Below are positions 49,762 to 63,289 of a stretch of 64,000 nt of DNA, piece by piece (positions within the stretch are counted from its first letter, which is position 1; each line of letters begins with the position of its first letter). The notes beneath the pieces were generated by a model that searched no databases, was not told where the DNA came from, and saw only the letters and a program-made list of their open reading frames with translations. The stretch is taken from positions 372,001-436,000 of the forward strand of contig JALDZX010000012.1 in assembly GCA_022813865.1 (NCBI GenBank), read 5' to 3'. Both the position numbers and the translations under genes were made by a program. The stretch comes from Xylographa opegraphella (lineage: Eukaryota).

Positions 49762-52156
49762 TCAGCCATTATTGACTGTATGTATGAAAGCGAGGTAAAC
49801 CCCCACGGTCGACAAGACGAAAACGATCAAGGCTCCAAGGCCAAGAGTCATTAGCGGTCTCTGGCTCCGAGGCTTGACTGACTCCACTACGACACTGGGT
49901 CCTCTGAGAGAAATGAACCGCTCGTGCTGCATTCCAAACTCATGCCAGAATTCTCTTTCCTTGCGCTGCCAGTTGGTTGTGTTTCCGTTTTCCAAGCTCT
50001 TCAGTCGTAAATAGGGATAGAGGTCGCTATCGACGAAATCTTCCGACATGTAGTCCGCTCGTCGTAGGACATCGCACCACGAGTCCAGCATATCTTCTTT
50101 GTAAGCGAAAGCGAACATGTGCTGGCCAAACCCATCGGCAAGGACAAAAAGGGGCTTGCATAAGCATAAGATGTTGGCTAAAAATGGCACAAGTTCTTCC
50201 TCGTCGCGAGCTAACACCAAAATAGAAACGATGACTCGTCGAATCCCGGCGAGGATCTCTATCCGTGTTTTACTTGGTGTTTCTGCCCTTTGTTGCTTAG
50301 GCAGGCGTGCAAGGTCAACCATGCTTCTTAGAATAATGCTTTGAACATGGGACCAATTGAACAATTCAGGCTTCTGAGCCCAGAATTCTCGTTCGACTTC
50401 CTCCAGTGCTCTGGTGTCCTCATCGATAATTGCCTCCTCAACAAGATCCACGACAGCGCACTCCAGCTCTTTTGAGTGTTGCGGGTTAAGGATGGCGAAT
50501 AGGAGCAGCCGGTTTGCACGCGGAAGAGAAGGTGCATTAGCGGTGCTTTCAAGCAGGAGTCTTTCCATCCGAAATACATTGGCATGAATATCTCCTCGAC
50601 AGTCCTGAAGACATAGATAAAAACATTCGCGCGGGTCGAGCTCATTGGATATCTGTTCGGTTCTCAGGCCTTGACTGTACAGCCATGTGCAGGTTTCGAG
50701 TATTCCGGCAATGTGATCATGCGATGGTTCTTGCGACATCTCCTTCCACCACCAGTCCAAATGGAGGCCTACAAGACTGATCTCCAAAAGATTGTATGTA
50801 GTTGTGTCGCGGTCCCTCAAGGATAGTGTACCTTGACTTAGCATTGTCTGCAATTTACTCAACTCTCCGCGCGTGATTATTGAAGTGGTTTCTGAAGGGA
50901 TGTAGACGTAGCGTACAGGCTCCACTGCATAACTCGGCTGCGTTGTCCCACACATTGATATCATTTCTTCGAACTTGAGATTGATCCCACCACTCGAGAT
51001 CCAAGGCGCTAATTTCACTTGAACGGACGTACGCTTAAGGTCATGGTGCTTCTCAAAATTATTCCGATCTTTATTCCATATTCGATGAGCTGTTGTTGCA
51101 CGATTCACGATTATTGTTCCAAGCCACGCACTGTGATACACTGTGGTAGTAGCTTCGCCATAAGATACGTCCAGACTTTCATATCGTGTATCTGTACTTG
51201 TTGGGGTGGCCTTCGATGTGCAATACTTCTCTTGCGTTTCCTTTTCCGGAGAGTGCTTTAACCAAGATTTGTGATCCGATGTTTTCATGCAGTCTGGGTT
51301 CGACTTCGGGATAATGTTCGGGGTGTGTGGCGCATCTGAGGTGGCATAAAATTGTTCGTCGCAGATCACATCTTGGACAACCCGGTGAAGAAAAGGCTTC
51401 GTCCACTGATTGCGTTCTGGGTCATTTGTTGCTCTGCTTGCAAGTGATTCGCTTATGGAGGCCACCCGTGCATTATTCTGATGTACATTCTCTGTCCTTC
51501 CATTTCGTCTTTCCACCATTAAATTGCTGGAGCTCGTTTTTGCAGCCCAGACGCAGTCTTGCGTTCTTTTTACATTTTTTCCTTCCACATAGGTAATCTT
51601 GGACATCGACTGCATGATCAGGGTATTCTGAGCAAGAATGTTGGAAATCATCCGGCTTTGTCGAGTGTTTATATTCCTAAGTCTCATGAGTCTTGTTTCA
51701 GATTAATCAATACTTAAAAGCAATAGCATACCTATCCACAATTCTCTGCGCCATCTCAAGGGTTGTTTTCGCCCGTTCGAGATCATCGATCAACTTTGAC
51801 ACCTTCTCCTTCTGCAACACAGACTTGACCTTGTTCCAAAGATGCCTCGGACGGCTTGTTCTTCCATCTGGAAGTGTTTCATTTAGTAATTTTAACAGGG
51901 CCAAAACCTGTCTGTGTGTCCGCGAAGAAGCGGCTTCAACGAGATACCGTACATCATCAGGGATGGAGCTAATGTACTCCGAATCGAGCTCGTTGAAGTT
52001 ATCCACTGTATGCCTGAGCAAGTCTAGTTCGTTCCGTAGATCCTGGACGTATTCCGGAGCATCTTGGACTTCTTCCAGGAAATCTTTCAGCTTCAGAAAA
52101 CTATCCACACACTGCGCTCCGAACCCAATGAAAGCAATAATAGAGGCAGGATCCAT
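49762..52156 (-). CDS. Protein with fungal HeLo-like/SesA-type N-terminal helical domain and C-terminal TM helix (intron ~51691-51731)
   Basis: MDPASIIAFIGFGAQCVDSFLKLKDFLEEVQDAPEYVQDLRNEL...LWNKVKSVLQKEKVSKLIDDLERAKTTL, and C-terminal LMTLGLGALIVFVLSTVGVYLAFI. Confidence 0.65.
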
Positions 52157-53207
52157 CTCAAGTTGCCTAGTACAGTCCAGCGGGTAGCCTTCGAGGGTAT
52201 TGTACGAACATCGCGCAGAGCAAGAGGAGCAGATACGATGCCCATATCTTGAAAGCGCCGATGCCTGCCCAGGTTCCACACGAAACAGCATGTTTGCGTG
52301 GAGGATTCTTGGGCTATGCATGTATCAGGCGCTTGCCAGCCGATCGTCAACTTGACTGGCCGAGAAAGAGAGCCAAAGAGAAGTTACGGCAAATGAGCGA
52401 ATCAGAGTTGTGTGTATGCCTACCCCTGCTTGTGTAACCCCAACATCATACCTGGGCAATGGGTGTTCTATTTTCAATACCGAAAAATGTATCAGTATTG
52501 TTCGATGCTCTATTTGAGTAATGCAACTTGTGTATATACTTGTATATACGGTATACGCAAGCATACTGTTATAAATTTGAAGGTGGTCAATGATCGCGAC
52601 TAGAACCACAACACCGTACTGCTGTTGCCGAATACGGTCAAGTGAAGCTTTGAAAAGGCTGACAAAACGTCGACTGTATCCCATAAGCAAACCTGTTCAA
52701 ATCAGGTACGTAAATTAAGAGCTTCGTAATTTTTGATCCGACAAAGCAAATATTCAATATCAATATTACATTACAAATTCTTCGGTAGGATCGAAGTTTC
52801 TCGGTTTCGCATGAATTCGACGTCGTCGTCGACAACATCCGTTCAATCAAACAATCCTTACCATTGTTACTGAATACAATTGACATTCAACTTCAAATTT
52901 TCTGCCTTTGCTTTAAAGCAATAGACTCGGGGTTTTGTCGCACAGATGCTGGAAAATTGGGGCTACAACAAGATAGGCTTAGGGCTAGACTACATGATGA
53001 GACTTTTTCCGTTCAAAGTTTAATCATCACGAAAGTTTACACCTTCGCATGGAGTTGCTTTTGACAAGCTAAACATTATCATGCCACTTTATTATATAAT
53101 ATGGTTCTTGTTCCTATAGGTTGTGGATTTTACAGGGGTTTGGTGGTGTGGGTAGGGGTAAGGGTACTTTTTATTTTGTATTGGGTTTATGTATGTATAG
53201 ATCAACG

Positions 53208-54160
53208 TCATATCCTCGTCTTCCGTCCACGCGTAACATAAAACACCCAATCTTTCCCCTCCTCCGCCCCCAAGTCCCCCCTAACCCTACCCCTCAGCCG
53301 CTCAACCTCTTCTTCCGAATATCCCAACCCGTCCACCATCTTCGGAATCAGATGATAGTACAGTATCCAATTCTCCCTCGCCGTATGCTCCCCAATATGC
53401 CTCGTCTCCGGCCGCTCTCCAGCCTGCCACGTCCCATACGGAATTCGGAAGTCCCGTACCCGCACATCCACCAGTCCCGCCGCCTGCATATAACTCTTCA
53501 TATTACTCCCGCACTCCACATCCAGCCCCTTTTGCGCGGCGCCTTTATACACAGCCTGCATCCATTCCCAATCGGTGGAGCACACCTTTCCATTTCTGTA
53601 ATGCGCATAATTCAGATCTTGCATCTCCGCCCACCCGCCGGGGCGCAGCAGGGCGGCGACGGTGCGGACGTAGCCAGGCCAATCGGTGATGCCGCACACG
53701 AGCAGCCGGTTGAAGACGAAGTCGAATGACGCGGATGGGAAGCGCGTATCATGGCCGGCGAGTTTGCTGATGTCCCCTTGAATGAAGGTGACGTTCGGTG
53801 GCGTGGGCCGAGCGGGGACGGGGGATAGGTCGACTCCGTAGACGGTGGCGTTGGGGAATAGAGTCCCCAGAGCGCAGGTCACGACCCCGGTGCCGCAGCC
53901 GACGTCGAGGATGCGAGATGGGTTGGTGAGCGGGGTTTGGATAACCCGGCCGTGCATGAGGGTGAGTAACCCGGCGGCTTGATCCTCCAGGTGGGCGTGC
54001 TCGGTGGAACTGTGACGATTGAGTGACGTGTATCATCTGGCGGAATGGAAAGGGGCAGAGCTGAATGGCGACAGCGGACTTACTCATTGGGAAGATTGTA
54101 CGCGGCGTCGATGTTGTGGTAGGTGGGCGTACGAGTTTCTGCTGCGGAGAGCTCGTTCAT
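53208..54160 (-). CDS. SAM-dependent methyltransferase (LaeA-like family); intron ~54011-54085
   Basis: YNLPN..EHAHLEDQ, RILDVGCGTG, VYGVDLSPVP, FDFVFNRLL and LLRPGGWAEMQD. Confidence 0.88.
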
Positions 54161-54818
54161 CTTTGAAGCAATAGCCTTTGATTTGAAGCTTTGACACAAT
54201 GCATGGATGTGAAATACGCTACTTCTGGGGAACTTGCTCCACTATGAACAATGGCTCTGGTGCATAGAATTGAGCCTAGGAAACGGGGTAGCTACTGAGA
54301 GATGTAATAGACTGGCAGAACAAATCATGCAAAGAAAGAAACCATCAACCAGGATCTTATCACAGGTCCGGCTAGGTTGTGGCGTATTGGTCCATAGAAT
54401 GTGGGATTATTTTTCGATGCGAGACCAATCGGGAATTCCAGTTCTGGCGACCCTCCGTAAGCTGCTGCCTCTGGTATAGTAACATGTCCTGGACATGCGT
54501 GATTTTTTCAGAGCACTCCCTCGTGGCGGAGTTCGTAGAACTTCGTCTATTCGACCATGACTGGAGCATAAGGACGCGTACTCTAAGCCCGATGATGACA
54601 ATGCATGCCATCGCTGGATCTATTGGCGGCCCACGCGGCTGTTTTTCTTGTCTACCTTATTCTTACGTCCGCATATAGAAGAACGAGAAAATTACAGCCC
54701 GATTCATTATATAGATTGTGACGAAAAAGAGGAACAAACTCTTATATGATCACGTGCTCATATCTGAGTCGAAAGCTCAATATCAATGAATCTGTATTAC
54801 CGCCTACTATACTCTATG

Positions 54819-56898
54819 TTATTGTGGCAATTCGACGATCGGTCCTGAATAATCACTCCGACCCCATACCAAGTAGTAGACCACACTGAATAGGATAGCC
54901 CCTCCCAGCATCACACTACTGTAGTTCATCTCTTTGGCACTAGGCGCTCTTGTGTCAGGCCAAAACGTGAAGAAAAAGGCAGTAGTCAGATAGGCACATG
55001 CAAATCCATTGATTATGATGCCATATAGTCCAGGCACGCGCCACGGACCCCAGGTCAGCCGAGCACCGGCCGTATTTGTCAACATCCCAGGGGGACCAGA
55101 GGAGAGACCGATACCTCCAGTGCAGCGACAATAGAGTAAAAGGCTAAGCGTGACGAGGTATGACGAGTAGAGACCAGCAACAGCAATGGAAATTATGTCA
55201 TCAAAAGCCGTTGATGATCCGAGGTTGATCAGGGACAGAAGGCATGATATGATGGTAGTGGTAACGACAGACCAAATAGGAATGGTGGTACGCTGATCAA
55301 CCTATGAACTGGGAGTAAGTACCAGGCTCGAAAGGTAATGTAAAGAGCAGTATGTGATAATATGCTTCACTTGCGAATGAACGCACTTACCTTATCTAAC
55401 ATTCTCCACCCGGGTACGCCTCTATCTTGGGCGAACGACCATAATTGCCGAGAAGCAGCTGTCAGAATCGAAACTGTGGCAGCTAGTTGCATGATAGTAA
55501 TAATAGATACCATGATACTCGTACCAGCAGTTGAATAGGTCGTCTGTCGGAAGATCTCAATAAAAGCAAATCCACTCGGGGGCTCCAGCACAGTATCGAG
55601 ATCACTTATACCAAACAAGGTTGCGATCATTATGCTAAGGCCGAGAATACCGTTGAAGAAGTAGGTGGATACGATAGCCCACGGAACAATGACAGGGGCA
55701 TTTTGGAGATCTTCCGACATCTAGGACAAAATAAGGTTGGAATCGCGTCAAGCACAAAAAGGGATAGAGCCTAACATGTATCGCGCCATCAGCACCTATT
55801 CAAAATATATTAGCCTTTTATTCAGCGCGCCCAGTCATGGTGACTGAGCAAGGACGAACAGGCATACCAACAAAAACAAAAAGGCTACCAGTGATTCCCA
55901 CCATGAACGAGAGACCCTGCGTAGGCCAATTACTGTTCAAAAATCGGCCAAATACCTCGGACGGATCTTGATGATCGCCAAGTATGATCAATGGGATAAG
56001 AATGGCGGAGAACCCTAGATTGTGAAGAATCAAGACAAAGCCTTCAAACTTTGGGAGAAGTGAACCGCCTATGGCATTCATGAAAACGGCGAACAAAATG
56101 ACAGCCCAGAAGGACAGCGTTGCCTGATATGACTGAGAGATGTATTCGATATTGTTCAATACCGCAAGCCCTTGGATAAGTGTCGACGATAAGAATGCGG
56201 CAGAAGCAAGAGTGCCTTGCCAGCCACAGACTGTGAGCCATCCTGTACAAAATCAATGGAGTCGGTTATTGAGCGGCAAGTTTTGGAAGTTATTGACCTG
56301 TAATGTAGCTGAAAAACTTCTGGGAGGACGGGGGGGCGAGCATGGATACCCAATGATACTGTCCCCCAGCTGTGGGTGCCCTGTGAACACAATCAGAGTA
56401 GGGAAAATGTCTTAAAGTGAAGAAACCATGCATTGAGACAAGTTCGCTCAGTGAAGAAAAGACAGTAAGACTTCCAATCCAGACGAGAATGAATCCGTAT
56501 ATCAAACCAGCAGGTCCTCCACTACCGAAGAGTGTTAGTTCTATTCTGAATACTGAGGTGGTTGATATTCTCACTTCATGAGCCCAATGTCCAAAAGTCT
56601 TCTCCCAATTAGCATACTCTTGTGTCATTAGCAGGGACACCTTACATGAGGGTAGATTCCCAGCACACCAGAATGGTGCACGCAAAACCTAGGATCGATA
56701 GAAACCCGAAATTGCGCTATTGGTTTAATGTAAGCTAAGTGGCCCGTCCACCACATTGCATCGAAACTACCTTCAAGATAGGCTTCTTGCCTAATCTTCG
56801 GAGGGCAGCATAGTCTTTTTCAGCAACACTCGACAGGCGGGAGTCCAGATGCAGACCATCTACCGATCCTCGATAGGACATCCTATGTACTTGAACCA
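54819..56898 (-). CDS. Amino-acid/GABA/choline permease (APC family), about 7 exons
   Basis: RNFGFLSILGF, GGPAGLIYGF, PTAGGQYHWVS, GADGAIHMSED, SRQLWSFAQDRGVP and multiple TM segments. Confidence 0.85.
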
Positions 56899-57800
56899 TG
56901 ATTATTAGACACAAGAATCTGTACGGAGCCCGCAGAAGCCTTTATACAAAGAAACCAATAATTGACATGTAAGGATGGTTATCCAAATAAGCCGAGGGCA
57001 GAGGTCTCAATAATGAGGACGGAGAAGATCCTGCCTGGGCTTCGAAGGCTTGCAGAGAATCACTCAGTATCAACAATACGACATAGCTCGTGTAAGAACC
57101 TCCAGCCTCGTAAGCGCATGATTGGTCCATGAAATACGACGCAAAAGCGAGTCATGGAGAGTTGCAAGGGTGGCAGAGGTGCGCATGCAGGCATGTAAGA
57201 ACTGCTGAGGTTACTTCCAGACCCCACGCTATGCTTATTCTCAGCTCTATCATTTCACGCCATGGGGTCTCATCTTACTGGCCTCTCGGAGTAGCATGCA
57301 GGACAGAGATAACGAGCTCTGCGGTGGTTGGCAGTTTCCCGTGAAAGGTGCCTGGTGTTTGACCTCCGAAACAGGCTTAGCTCTTCACCTCACGCAACAT
57401 CCTGGCCGTGAACACGGGGGGACTTACTCGGTCAATGAATGGTGGTGTTCAGGTGGAGGAGACCAACCCGCTCGAGCATGCGCGCCGTGCTTGCAGGCTG
57501 AATACGGAGGTACTGTGACCGGTCAAGGACGGCATGGGTGCTCGTGGCTTCAGGTTATGGTGCTGTGCCTCCAGCGGTCATGGTGACCGCTCTTGGAGAG
57601 GAGAACAAAAAAGCCGAAGCATGTACGACTTTTCGCTCCTCGTTGTTGACTGCATGGTTGACCAATAGCATTACCTCTATCTGCTTGATCGTTCCCCTAC
57701 ATATGTCATAGACTTCCTACATTCTTTGCAACGTTGAACTAAGCCAAGACATTTTCATCTCATTCATTGCCGACCATGCTCTTGTGCCACCATTGAAGCA

Positions 57801-59042
57801 ATGCCGCAGACACGCATTACCGACGACAATCTAGCGCCATTGGTTGACATCTTGACGTGGTTTTTGCTCGTCACGTCTGTCACTGGTGTTGCTGTACGGG
57901 GCGCGACTAAGGCTGCTATCATTCACATTGTCGGTCTTGATGATGCTTTGATAACCATAGCTCTGGTGAGCATCCTTCGGGGACCACCTGCTCGCTGGAG
58001 ACAAAGCCTTACCTATATGGTTTGTAAAGCTGTTCAGCGTTGGTCAATCCAGTGCCGTTGCGGTGCAGACTGCGAATGGCTTCGGAAAGCCTATCACATC
58101 GCGTACCTCGTCGGTGGTCTCCACAGATCTGAAGGTGAGTACTATGCGCTTGTGTATTGTGCTCAGGAGACTGAAACAGCATGCAGGCTGAGTATGCTGC
58201 CAGTCTTCTCTACATCCCTGGCCTTTGCTTTTCAAAGCTGTCCGTTTTGGCGGTGATTAGGACAATCACACCAGCACGAAGGGATCGGATGATCGTGTAT
58301 GGGCTTATCATGACAGTCATCGCGTGGGCGTTGACGGCAGAATTTGCGGCTGCTTTCCAATGCACAGCACAAAGGCCTTTCGACTATATCATGAGGACGT
58401 GCTTCAACCGTACCGCTTGGATGAATTACCTGGAAGTCACAAACATCATCACTGATGTGGCCCTAATCATCTTACCATTCTACATCATATGGAATGTCAA
58501 GACTTCCGTGACTCGCAAAGCTTCAGTCCTCCTCGTCTTCGCCCTTCGTGTCTTGTAAGTGTCCACTAAACAAAGCGGCCTTCGCATACTCACTGTCTCT
58601 TAGCGTCATAGCCGTCTTAATCTGCAAACTTGTATACTGGAACCGCCTCTCTACCTCAGCCGACCCAACACTGGATCTCTGGCCCGTATCGATATGCACC
58701 GAACTCATACAGTGCCTGGAAATTCTAGCCGCCTGCTGCCTCTACCTCAAACCTTTCCTTGAGAGTCTCGAGTCAGGTTTCATGAGGGGTGACGACCTTC
58801 GCCGGCGAGGAGAAAACAGCCTTAGCGGATCACGACATCGGACCGTTAGTATTCCGTTGTCGACTCGGCGATCCCCGAGCAGCACAACGGGTAGCAATCT
58901 CGCTCGAAGCCGTAACATCACCATTGCAGAGCGATTTGGTCCAGACGACGATGCTGTGAGTCTCAACAGCCAGTCGCAAATCATTTGGGAGACAAGAACG
59001 TGGGCGGTAGAGACATCAACCGATGTAAGTCGAGAAAGCTAG
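57801..59042 (+). CDS. PTH11-like (fungal rhodopsin-domain) integral membrane protein, 4 exons
   Basis: GLDDALITIAL, GFGK, FSKLSVL, AFQC..P....C, NIITDVALIILP..IW and ILAACCLYLKPFL. Confidence 0.8.
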
Positions 59043-59366
59043 CGTAAGAGTAAATATCTCATACGGAAGTGATGCAAAATTCTCTGAACTTCGGCCGATG
59101 CCGGTCAAGAAGATAGCGAAGGTATGTAGTGGCATATAAGCTACATTCCTTAAGCTAGTTGCGGCAAAAGCAGCCAACTAAAACTACGCCACGAAATTCC
59201 TACTTCAAAAGCCAAAGGATACCAGCTCGGAAATCCAGCTGGCCTAAATATACCTGAAAGATTCCCACGATCGTCATAATTCATCTGGGACTTATCAGAT
59301 TGAATTTCCTAGATTACCACAGTCAGCAACTGCAGACTCAATTTTCGTACAAGCCGTTCGAAAGAC

Positions 59367-60437
59367 TCACCATTCTAACCGCTCTATCATCTCCTTCGAT
59401 CCTTCCAACGCATAGAAGACACCTCTACACACCAAGCACAATTCAACTAGTGGCTTCTCCCTGCCTGACGTGCTCAGATTCCCGGCCCGTACCTCGCTAC
59501 ACATGGGACATGTGAACCACTCTCCTATCCCGAATTTTTCCCTCCAGCGCTCCGTTCTCCGTTCCAGCGACTCGAAAGACGACTTGCCTATAAGCGCAGC
59601 CTGCATTTCGTCGATCGTCGCACCTGGCATCACCCGCCCAAGCAATATCCTCAAGAACCCTTCTAGCGCTGTCCGCGCATAAGAGTCGGCCAGTCGGTGT
59701 ACGCAGGTGTCACAATTCCACTCTTGCGCAAGCAGAGCCTCTTCAGCCGCGATGACTGCTTGGCAGACGCACGAATTGCTGCCCATTGGGCTCTCCGTCA
59801 TGTGGCGCACCGTGCAGCTTTCGCACACCGGCACCCACTCACAGATATTCTTCCAGTTACTCCCGAGCAGCTTGTTTGATCTGGATGAGCTGGTAGCGCT
59901 ATCAGCGCCTCTATGCTCGCTGCAGACCTCATATAGCCGTGCTCGCTGCTCCAAGAGACCGTCGGCGCCACATTGGCCCACGTTCGCTGCATGGGACTCG
60001 CAATACCGCGTGATGTGGCCATTGTGAGGCCCACTTCCACACAGCATGCGCCAGCCTTCCGGGGCGCCTTCCAAGACATAGACGCTGTAATCTGGATTTC
60101 TGCCTTCTGACTCTCCTACTTTCGACCAGCCTTTTGCTATCTCTGCTTGGCAACAGCCACCGAGGCGCTGTCCTCGGAAAGGCTGTTGGAGGATACTGTT
60201 GATGGCGTAGGAATTGGCCAGCTCGCGGTTGACGCGCCGAAGGGAGAGGACGTCGCTGAAGTTGAGAGTGCGAAAGATGGTATCCGTAAGGTCGGGCGGC
60301 ATGTTGATGAGGAGGACTTCGAGGCCCGACAGGCTGGAGTTCAGGGTCCTGGAGCGGTGGCGCTGGAATTCCGTGGGCGGTGGACTGGACAGGTTAATGG
60401 TGAGGGTTGAGAGCGGGTACTCTAGTTGGGAAGTCAT
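59367..60437 (-). CDS. F-box protein with multiple CxxC motifs
   Basis: LINMPPDLTDTIFRTLNFSDVLSLRRVNREL, then CESH, CSEH, CESC, CDTC, CPMC and CLVC. Confidence 0.65.
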   Translation of the reverse strand: MTSQLEYPLSTLTINLSSPPPTEFQRHRSRTLNSSLSGLEVLLINMPPDLTDTIFRTLNFSDVLSLRRVNRELANSYAINSILQQPFRGQRLGGCCQAEIAKGWSKVGESEGRNPDYSVYVLEGAPEGWRMLCGSGPHNGHITRYCESHAANVGQCGADGLLEQRARLYEVCSEHRGADSATSSSRSNKLLGSNWKNICEWVPVCESCTVRHMTESPMGSNSCVCQAVIAAEEALLAQEWNCDTCVHRLADSYARTALEGFLRILLGRVMPGATIDEMQAALIGKSSFESLERRTERWREKFGIGEWFTCPMCSEVRAGNLSTSGREKPLVELCLVCRGVFYALEGSKEMIERLEW

Positions 60438-60987
60438 ACTGTGAGTTTCGAGGGTTGCTTTTGGGTCAATGGGGGAACTCTGAGTAAACATGGGGGAAAC
60501 GTGTCTATATACGAGCTGGAGAGGCGGCCGTCTGTGCAACGTTCTTCTGATTCACGTCCGGGATGGATTTACATCTTTGCTCAATCACTCAGCTTTTCTG
60601 TGACGCTTATCCAAGAGTCACCGGTGCTTTGCAGGTTGACCTTGGAAGAGAGAGAGCAATAATTGCCTTATTGGTGACTAACAAAGGTTACCATGTGAAC
60701 TATGTCAAATGCGACAAATTCGTGTTCTCAAAATCTTCAGCTTAACTTCCTTTGTAAGGAATAATACAGCTTCAAAATCGAAGAATATATCCAATTTGCT
60801 CTCCAAGGCGAGGATCTTTATAATGAGGAGCTAAGGCTAAGCATATCGAACACGTTAAGTATATAGGCTCATTACCAGGCTGTCCGAACTCCAGCGTACC
60901 ACCATGCTTTCTTCCAGAACTCACCGACGATGTGCCCACTTACAAACCCACTACAAATACAGAACCAAAACAAGAATATGTCGCAAA

Positions 60988-63289
60988 TTAGTCGCCGTAA
61001 GCCTTGCGCACCTCTTGCTTATACTTGCTTAGGATCTGCCTACGATTGATCTTCTGCGCTGCGGTCGTCATACCCTGTGGATATATGTAAGCACACATCT
61101 CACTTGTGTCGTTCTGGATGAAAAGCTCACGTTGGCAGGGTTCCACTCATCATCAGCGAGTACAACGCCATCGATTATCTCAAGACCCGAAAGGCCGCCA
61201 GCCTTGCCAGCTTCCTGTAATTGTTTGAGCACAATCGTGTTCAAATCCTTATTGTGTACCAAGTCTTCAATGCCGTGTCCCTTGATGCCGTTATCTGAAG
61301 CAAGCTTTTTCAGAGCAGGTTCTGCGGGTACGATTATTGCGATAGGCTTGGCCTTGTCTTCAGCCGCATACACGCAGATATTAGCCACGACCTTAGCGGT
61401 TCGGTATACAGATTCGAGCTGAATAGAATCTATCAGCGACGTATGAACTGAGATGAATTCAGGTAGACGGTTACCTTCTCCAAAGCTATGTACTCTCCAT
61501 TAAGTGTTTTGACAAGATTCTTCTTACGATCTATTATTCTCAGGTGTCCATACTGGTCCCATTCACCAATATCACCTGTTTTGAACCACCCATCACTAGT
61601 AATGGCCTCTCGAGTTTCTTCCTCGTTCTCATAGTATTCGTCGATGACAGGATCTCCACGGATCCAGATTTCTCCCTGGGGCGGGTCGTTGGTACTATAA
61701 TAGCCTGCATCTGCAAAGTCAACAAGCTTGATTTCGACAGATGATGGAGGTTCTCCTAGTGCGTCGCTCGTCCAGTGTACAGGACTGCAGAGAGCACCCA
61801 TGCCGGTTGTCTCTGTGAGACCATAACCTCCAAGCATGGGTGCGATTGCGACTGAAACAAAGGTCTGCGTGTCTTTCGCAATTGGCCCACCACCATTTAG
61901 GCAAATCTTTAGGCGTCCACCAGTAGCATCCTTTACCTTCTTGAATACAACAGCATCGAGAACTCCGACACCTGGTAATCCGTTGGCAGTGAGGAAACTC
62001 TTCGCTGCGAACCCGCTCCAGAACATATTCTTCACGATTGGGCTCCCCGCTTCCAGTTTAGCAAGAATACCTTTCCGAACGGTCTCCCACACTTGAGGAA
62101 CGCCGACCAATATTGAAGGCTTGAATTCCCTAATATCACCCTTACAATTACGCACAGAGGTGTCGGATATGGTTTTGGCATTTCCATAACCCATCGTGCC
62201 ACCCCAGTATAGGCATGCATTCTCGAATACAAACTCGAGAATATGAGCTAAGGGTAAATAGGTCAGTAGGCCATCTCCAGGTCCGATAAAGGGTCCGACT
62301 ATAGTGGTGACTCCAGCGACTAACATCCATGTCAGTAGGCTCATCCTGATCCCAAAGAACATATTACGAACTTGCTGCAACAACAGCTTTATGCTTCAGT
62401 GGGACACCCTTCGGCGTACCCGTAGAGCCGGATGTATACATTATGCAGCAAAGGTCTTCCCGGTCCGGTAATACAATGTCAACGGGGTTCTCTTCGCCTA
62501 GCTTTCTTAACTCCTCAAAACTCATAATCGTCAAACGATCATGAGTGCTCTTCAACTTGGATATGTCATCCTGCTTGACCTCGCCACGGTTGTTGTATAT
62601 GACGTACATGACCCCCGTTGCGTCTTTGAGTGGATTAAGAATGGTTGGCAGAAGGTTAGGATCACAGTAGATAGCCTTCGCTTTTGTTTGCACGAGAGAA
62701 TGTTTCAACCCTTCTTGGCCCAAAGTGTCGTAGGCGGTAGCGATTGCCATAGACTGGGACATTGACCCGTGTGCCATACTAAGCCACCAAGGACTACACA
62801 CCACAACCTTAGCATCGCGGTAGAGATCTGTAGCTCTGAAATGGGTTACCTTGTTGAAGCAAACAGGTGTACCCTGTCACCAGCGGTCATTCCAATCTTC
62901 CTAAGCCCTGCCCCAATCTGAAGCGCCATTCTTTCATATTCAACAAAGCTCATATACGTATATTTGCTCAATTCGAAATATGTCCATTTCTTCTCCACTT
63001 CTTGGGCCTTTCCATCGATTATCTTCTTGACTTTCTTGGTCTCCTGATGCGTTCTGATAAGATCCCTCCATCCCAGAGCCTTGGCGTTTCCAAACTTGTC
63101 TGCACTTCGCTTGAGAATATCCACAATAGTTCTGACGTCCTCTGATGGATTACTGATGAGCCCATCTTTTGCTGCAGGATTCACCCTCGGAATAGTTTCG
63201 CCGTCGACTTTCTTGTAGCCTTTTGCTTCGATACTAAATGGACCCTTGCCCTGCATATGTGGATATATGACTTGAATAGGATGAGCCAT
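60988..63289 (-). CDS. FAA1: Long-chain fatty acyl-CoA synthetase (Faa1/Faa4-like), 5 exons
   Basis: CIMYTSGSTGTPKGV, YLPLAHILE, GYGLTET, GWFKTGDIGEWD, IIDRKKNLVKTLNGEYIALEK and TAAQKINR. Confidence 0.9.

Noticed and set aside
52400..53200. AT-rich tract as a transposon remnant
   Set aside because: No terminal repeats, target-site duplications or transposase/RT motifs are recognisable.
53208..63289. Methyltransferase, permease, PTH11-like protein and acyl-CoA synthetase as a secondary-metabolite cluster
   Set aside because: There is no PKS, NRPS or terpene backbone gene, and the acyl-CoA synthetase is the housekeeping Faa1 type.
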